From Chlamydiota bacterium (GTDB lineage: Bacteria; Chlamydiota; Chlamydiia; Chlamydiales; RGXB01): a DNA stretch of 31,170 bases. This document shows, piece by piece, positions 27,997 through 31,170 of this stretch; positions within the stretch are counted from its first letter, which is position 1; every line of letters starts with the position of its first letter. Under the pieces are notes generated by a model. The model had not been told where the DNA came from, made no database searches, and saw nothing but the letters and a program-made list of their open reading frames with translations. A program made the position numbers and the translations under genes. Location of the stretch: the NCBI GenBank assembly GCA_947494155.1, contig CANLTW010000016.1, positions 1-31,170 on the forward strand, given 5' to 3'.

Positions 27997-28174
27997 AAAG
28001 CTGGTAATAAAAGCTATCTCCTGAATTTGAAAATTACAAGCTATTGCAGTAGGGGCGTAATACCCGCACCTGCAATTCAACCATCTTCATTGACTTTTAC
28101 CTAAAGCAGAGCTTACATCCAGAAGAAAAAGTTTTACTTGATTCTATTCTTTATTGTGCTATCCTCGATTTAAA

Positions 28175-29225
28175 ATGGAGTTTAAGCATTGTTTTTATTT
28201 TCTCTTTTTTCATCGTTATATCTCAGATAAATGGTAATTATAAAGTTTCAACTGAAAAAATACTTGTCTTAGCACCAGTAAAAAATATTGAAAAAGGGTT
28301 TTGTCAATCAAAAAAAAACATCACAAAATTCGTCTCTTTTTTTTCTGACTACAGAATCATTATATATGAAAATAATTCAAGTGATAAAACAAAAGAGTTA
28401 TTTCTTAAATGGAAAAAAACGGAGCCTAAGCTCTTATTTTTTTCAGAAAATTTAGACCAGACTTTTCTATCAAAATTAATCAAATCCCCTATAGGAAATT
28501 GTAGAACAGAAATCATAGCTCGCGCTAGAAATATCCTTATAGAAAAAGCATGCGCCAAAGAATTCGAAGATTATCACATTATTCTGATGGCAGACCTTGA
28601 TTCTTTTGGTAACTGGGATATTGAACAAATGCTCGATACTTTACGCCATCCAGAGCATGAATGGGATGCTATCATGCCTGCTGCTACCTACGATCTGTAT
28701 GCTATAAGAGGGGCTAAGTTTCTCCTTAATCCAGAAATTATCACACTTCATACATGGGCAGAATTTTTGCCAAGAATTGGCACATACTATGCTAATTACT
28801 TATCGCAAGATCGATGGATCCTAGTCGAGTCAGCATTTGGTGGGTTATGCTTTTTAAATAAAAAAAACCTAGCCGGAATCAAATACGAGGGACTAATGAG
28901 TCCCAGCTACTTAGACGATCTTTTAAATAAAGATTTTTCTAATGATTGTATTTATCGTTTAAATCCAGAAAAATTCGATAAAGAATTCCAAATACACAAA
29001 AATAATCTTCTAGCTTGGAGAGATTCGGGATTTCATAACTCTAAAATTCCCGAAAATGCCTATATCTGTGAACACGCTATGTTCTTTTTTAACATGAGAA
29101 AAAGGGGGTTCGATAGAATTTATATTAATCCTCGATGGCAAAATTTTTCAAAAGAGCACACTAACTATCCGATTACACGAGGAAATACTCTCATTAAAAG
29201 TAAAAAATTCGGTAAACAAACCTAA
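28175..29225 (+). CDS. GT-A fold glycosyltransferase (CAP59/GT69-like motifs); 5' end frameshifted or using a non-canonical start
   Basis: The frame of ORF 28587-29225 is open back to 28053 and encodes ILVLAPVKN, IIIYENNSSDKT, RTEIIARARN, MADLD (DxD), YDLYAIR, VESAFGGL and ICEH. There is no in-frame ATG/GTG/TTG before 28587, and the ATG at 28175 is out of frame. Confidence 0.75.
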
Positions 29226-29237
29226 ATTAAGGCACCT

Positions 29238-29945
29238 ATGAAAAAAGCTATTTTTCTTTTCATTTCCAGCTGGATCTTTGGATTAGATTACTACATTCCT
29301 CCTGAGATACTAAATGATACCTTCTACGAGAAAATTATTGATTTATCCTCTCGACCCACCGTGAAAAATATCCTGGAAATCGGGTCATCCTGTGGAGAGG
29401 GATCTACCTTAGCGTTTCTGCGAGGAATTTCTAAAAATCAAAGCAAGCCTAGGCTTTATTGTGTGGAAGTATCTAAAACTCGATTCGAAATTTTGCAATC
29501 TAGTTACCAAAATCACCCCCAGATTTCTGTGTACAATGTAAGTTCCGTTCCTCTTAGAGATTTTCCCAAAAAAAAAGATGTAGTAAACTTTTACAAAAAA
29601 CACAATTCTCGTCTAAGAAACTATGCGTTACATGATGTTTTGCAATGGCTTGAACAAGACATCCGTTATTTAACCACGTCCGGGGTTAATCAAAATGGCA
29701 TAGAAACGATCAAAAAAGAAAACGGCATCTCCTGCTTCGATATCGTGTTAATTGATGGATCAGAATTTACAGGCGAAGCAGAACTTAAATATGTTTACGG
29801 AGCCAAGTATATTCTGCTGGATGATGTTCTAGCTTTTAAAAATTATTTCAATTACAAAAAACTCCTTAGTGATTGTAAGTACAAGCTGATTGCAGAGGAT
29901 CTCGATTTACGAAATGGTTGGGCCGCTTTTGAAAAAATCGAATAA
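29238..29945 (+). CDS. Class I SAM-dependent methyltransferase-like protein
   Basis: ILEIGSSCGEGST (motif I), LYCVE, FDIVLIDGSEF and ILLDD; short hydrophobic N-terminus. Confidence 0.75.
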   Translation: MKKAIFLFISSWIFGLDYYIPPEILNDTFYEKIIDLSSRPTVKNILEIGSSCGEGSTLAFLRGISKNQSKPRLYCVEVSKTRFEILQSSYQNHPQISVYNVSSVPLRDFPKKKDVVNFYKKHNSRLRNYALHDVLQWLEQDIRYLTTSGVNQNGIETIKKENGISCFDIVLIDGSEFTGEAELKYVYGAKYILLDDVLAFKNYFNYKKLLSDCKYKLIAEDLDLRNGWAAFEKIE

Positions 29946-30054
29946 AATGCCCTCTAAGGGTAAGTGACGGTATTACAATTTATATGCCCTAACTAAACAA
30001 AGAATGATTGCTCCACTTCAATCTTCAAAGTGACCTACCTACATTAGATTCAAC

Positions 30055-30082
30055 AAAGCCCTCTTCTTTAAGAGGGCTTTTT
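30055..30082 (+). terminator. Intrinsic terminator after the methyltransferase
   Basis: aaagccctctt-cttt-aagagggcttttt. Confidence 0.8.
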
Positions 30083-30378
30083 AACTCTAGGAAATGATAA
30101 ACCACTCACGACTGCTTGCTTGAGTTCATAAAGTAATTTCTTAAGATTTCTTGATTCCCAAATTATCTAAAAGGGTGTTTATTGCGAAAGCTAGAGTAAA
30201 AGAGGGTCGATCAACTAAACACGATAATTAAATTATTATATTTGTCTTCTATATCCAATTAAATTATATTTCTCATTTTTTCAGGATCTGAGAGTCCTAA
30301 AAAGATAAAAATGTTCAAATAGAACTTAACCCACCTATCTAATACAAACTTAGATCTCTTAATAAAAAAAGGAATTTT

Positions 30379-30648
30379 ATGATACCAGTACCAAATGTTG
30401 ATATGAACCGCTCTGATAATGGAGTGAATCGAGGCTCAATCATGGATGAAGTTTCAAAAATTACTACAACCATCAAAGAGATCGCTCTTAAAGTGCTAAA
30501 GTCAATCGTAGCAATCCTTGTCACAACAGCTATTTGCACGTTGATGGCTATCTCGATAGCTGGTCTCCACCCTATCGTCACGCCAATAGGGATTATTATG
30601 GGCTTAGGGCAAGGGATACTTCTTGCTCACAAAATTTGGGAAGAATAA
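30379..30648 (+). CDS. Small bilobed hydrophobic protein, Inc-like candidate
   Basis: Polar N-terminus, then a hydrophobic hairpin of about 45 aa broken by HP; RBS (aagga) and its own terminator. Confidence 0.6.
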   Translation: MIPVPNVDMNRSDNGVNRGSIMDEVSKITTTIKEIALKVLKSIVAILVTTAICTLMAISIAGLHPIVTPIGIIMGLGQGILLAHKIWEE

Positions 30649-30688
30649 GATTAGATTTTAAAAATTAATACATTTTTTAATGATGAAT

Positions 30689-30730
30689 AAGCTCTAGTCG
30701 ATCGATTCAAAGCGCTAGAGCTTTTTTTTT
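30689..30730 (+). terminator. Intrinsic terminator after the small Inc-like gene
   Basis: aagctctag...ctagagctt followed by a T run. Confidence 0.7.
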
Positions 30731-30794
30731 GTTTCTACTCTCCACCAAATTTTTATCAGACTATCTATTTCAAGCGAATTCAATCATGCATCGA

Positions 30795-31061
30795 TATCCT
30801 ATCAGAGGCTCAATCGCTTCGCTCTATTTGCTGAACAAATTTACTTATGCATCGATGAACTAGAGTGAGCGATTCTCTGCCGATTTCTTATCCAGGGAAA
30901 CCAATCCCTTCGCTATCCTATCAGAGGCTCAATCGCTTAGCTCTATTTCCTATTAGAGGACCTTAAACCATTTATTAATAGATGAGGGCGCCGAAATTAA
31001 GTGAGTGATTCTCTGCCGATTTCTTATCCAGGGAAACCAATCCCTTCGCTCCATTTGCTGA
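30795..31061. repeat. Composite non-coding repeat A-spacer-B-A-spacer-B
   Basis: A (35 bp) at 30795-30829 and 30914-30948; B (51 bp) at 30864-30914 and 31000-31050; one mismatch within each pair. Confidence 0.9.
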
Positions 31062-31103
31062 CATGACCCCCGGGGAGTGACCGGGTGGCGTGATAGAGTG
31101 GGG

Positions 31104-31158
31104 GTTTTTTGCGAAGGCTAGTGTAAAAGGGGGGCCCCACACAGCCTTCGCGAAAAAC
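31104..31158. repeat. Inverted repeat/hairpin; degenerate copy of the left arm at 30173-30206
   Basis: gttttttgcgaaggct(a)gtgt ... acacagccttcgcgaaaaac. Confidence 0.8.
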
Positions 31159-31170
31159 GCACGCTATATG

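Noticed and set aside
28043..28076. Hairpin attgcag...ctgcaat downstream of ORF 27340-27996
   Set aside because: The stem is imperfect and has no clear U tract, so no function can be assigned.
28349..28558. Minus-strand 69-aa ORF
   Set aside because: It is antisense to the extended glycosyltransferase reading frame, which carries clear motifs.
30339..30581. Minus-strand 80-aa ORF
   Set aside because: It overlaps the + strand ORF 30379-30648, which has an RBS and its own terminator.
30795..31061. CRISPR array interpretation of the terminal repeats
   Set aside because: There are only two copies each of two different repeat units, spacers are unequal (about 34 and 51 nt), and no cas genes are in the window.
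31062..31103. GC-rich stretch considered as a tRNA or ncRNA fragment
   Set aside because: No cloverleaf, T-loop (GTTC) or other recognisable RNA family motif.

Overview
Chromosomal segment of a member of the phylum Chlamydiae, probably an environmental lineage. The basis is the Hc1/hctA gene in a yajC-rlmD-hctA cluster, the tkt/alaS/mfd and amn/efp neighbourhoods, and several Inc-like proteins. Core genes are tkt, alaS, mfd, amn, efp, epmA, a Gln-dependent nadE-type gene, htpG, yajC, rlmD and hctA. The most notable accessory feature is three consecutive, mutually divergent OTU-family cysteine proteases (putative deubiquitinase effectors) inserted between mfd and amn. Also present: an IncA-like coiled-coil protein; two possibly related Inc-like proteins; a tandem pair of secreted beta-rich paralogs between SRPBCC and TspO genes; an AT-rich glycosyltransferase plus methyltransferase pair in which the glycosyltransferase lacks an in-frame start, probably through a homopolymer frameshift; a NadE with a degenerate synthetase domain; a CIRCE-like palindrome at the htpG promoter; and a structured composite repeat at the right end. 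No rRNA, tRNA, CRISPR array or transposase was recognised. All calls come from reading motifs by eye, with no database searches.
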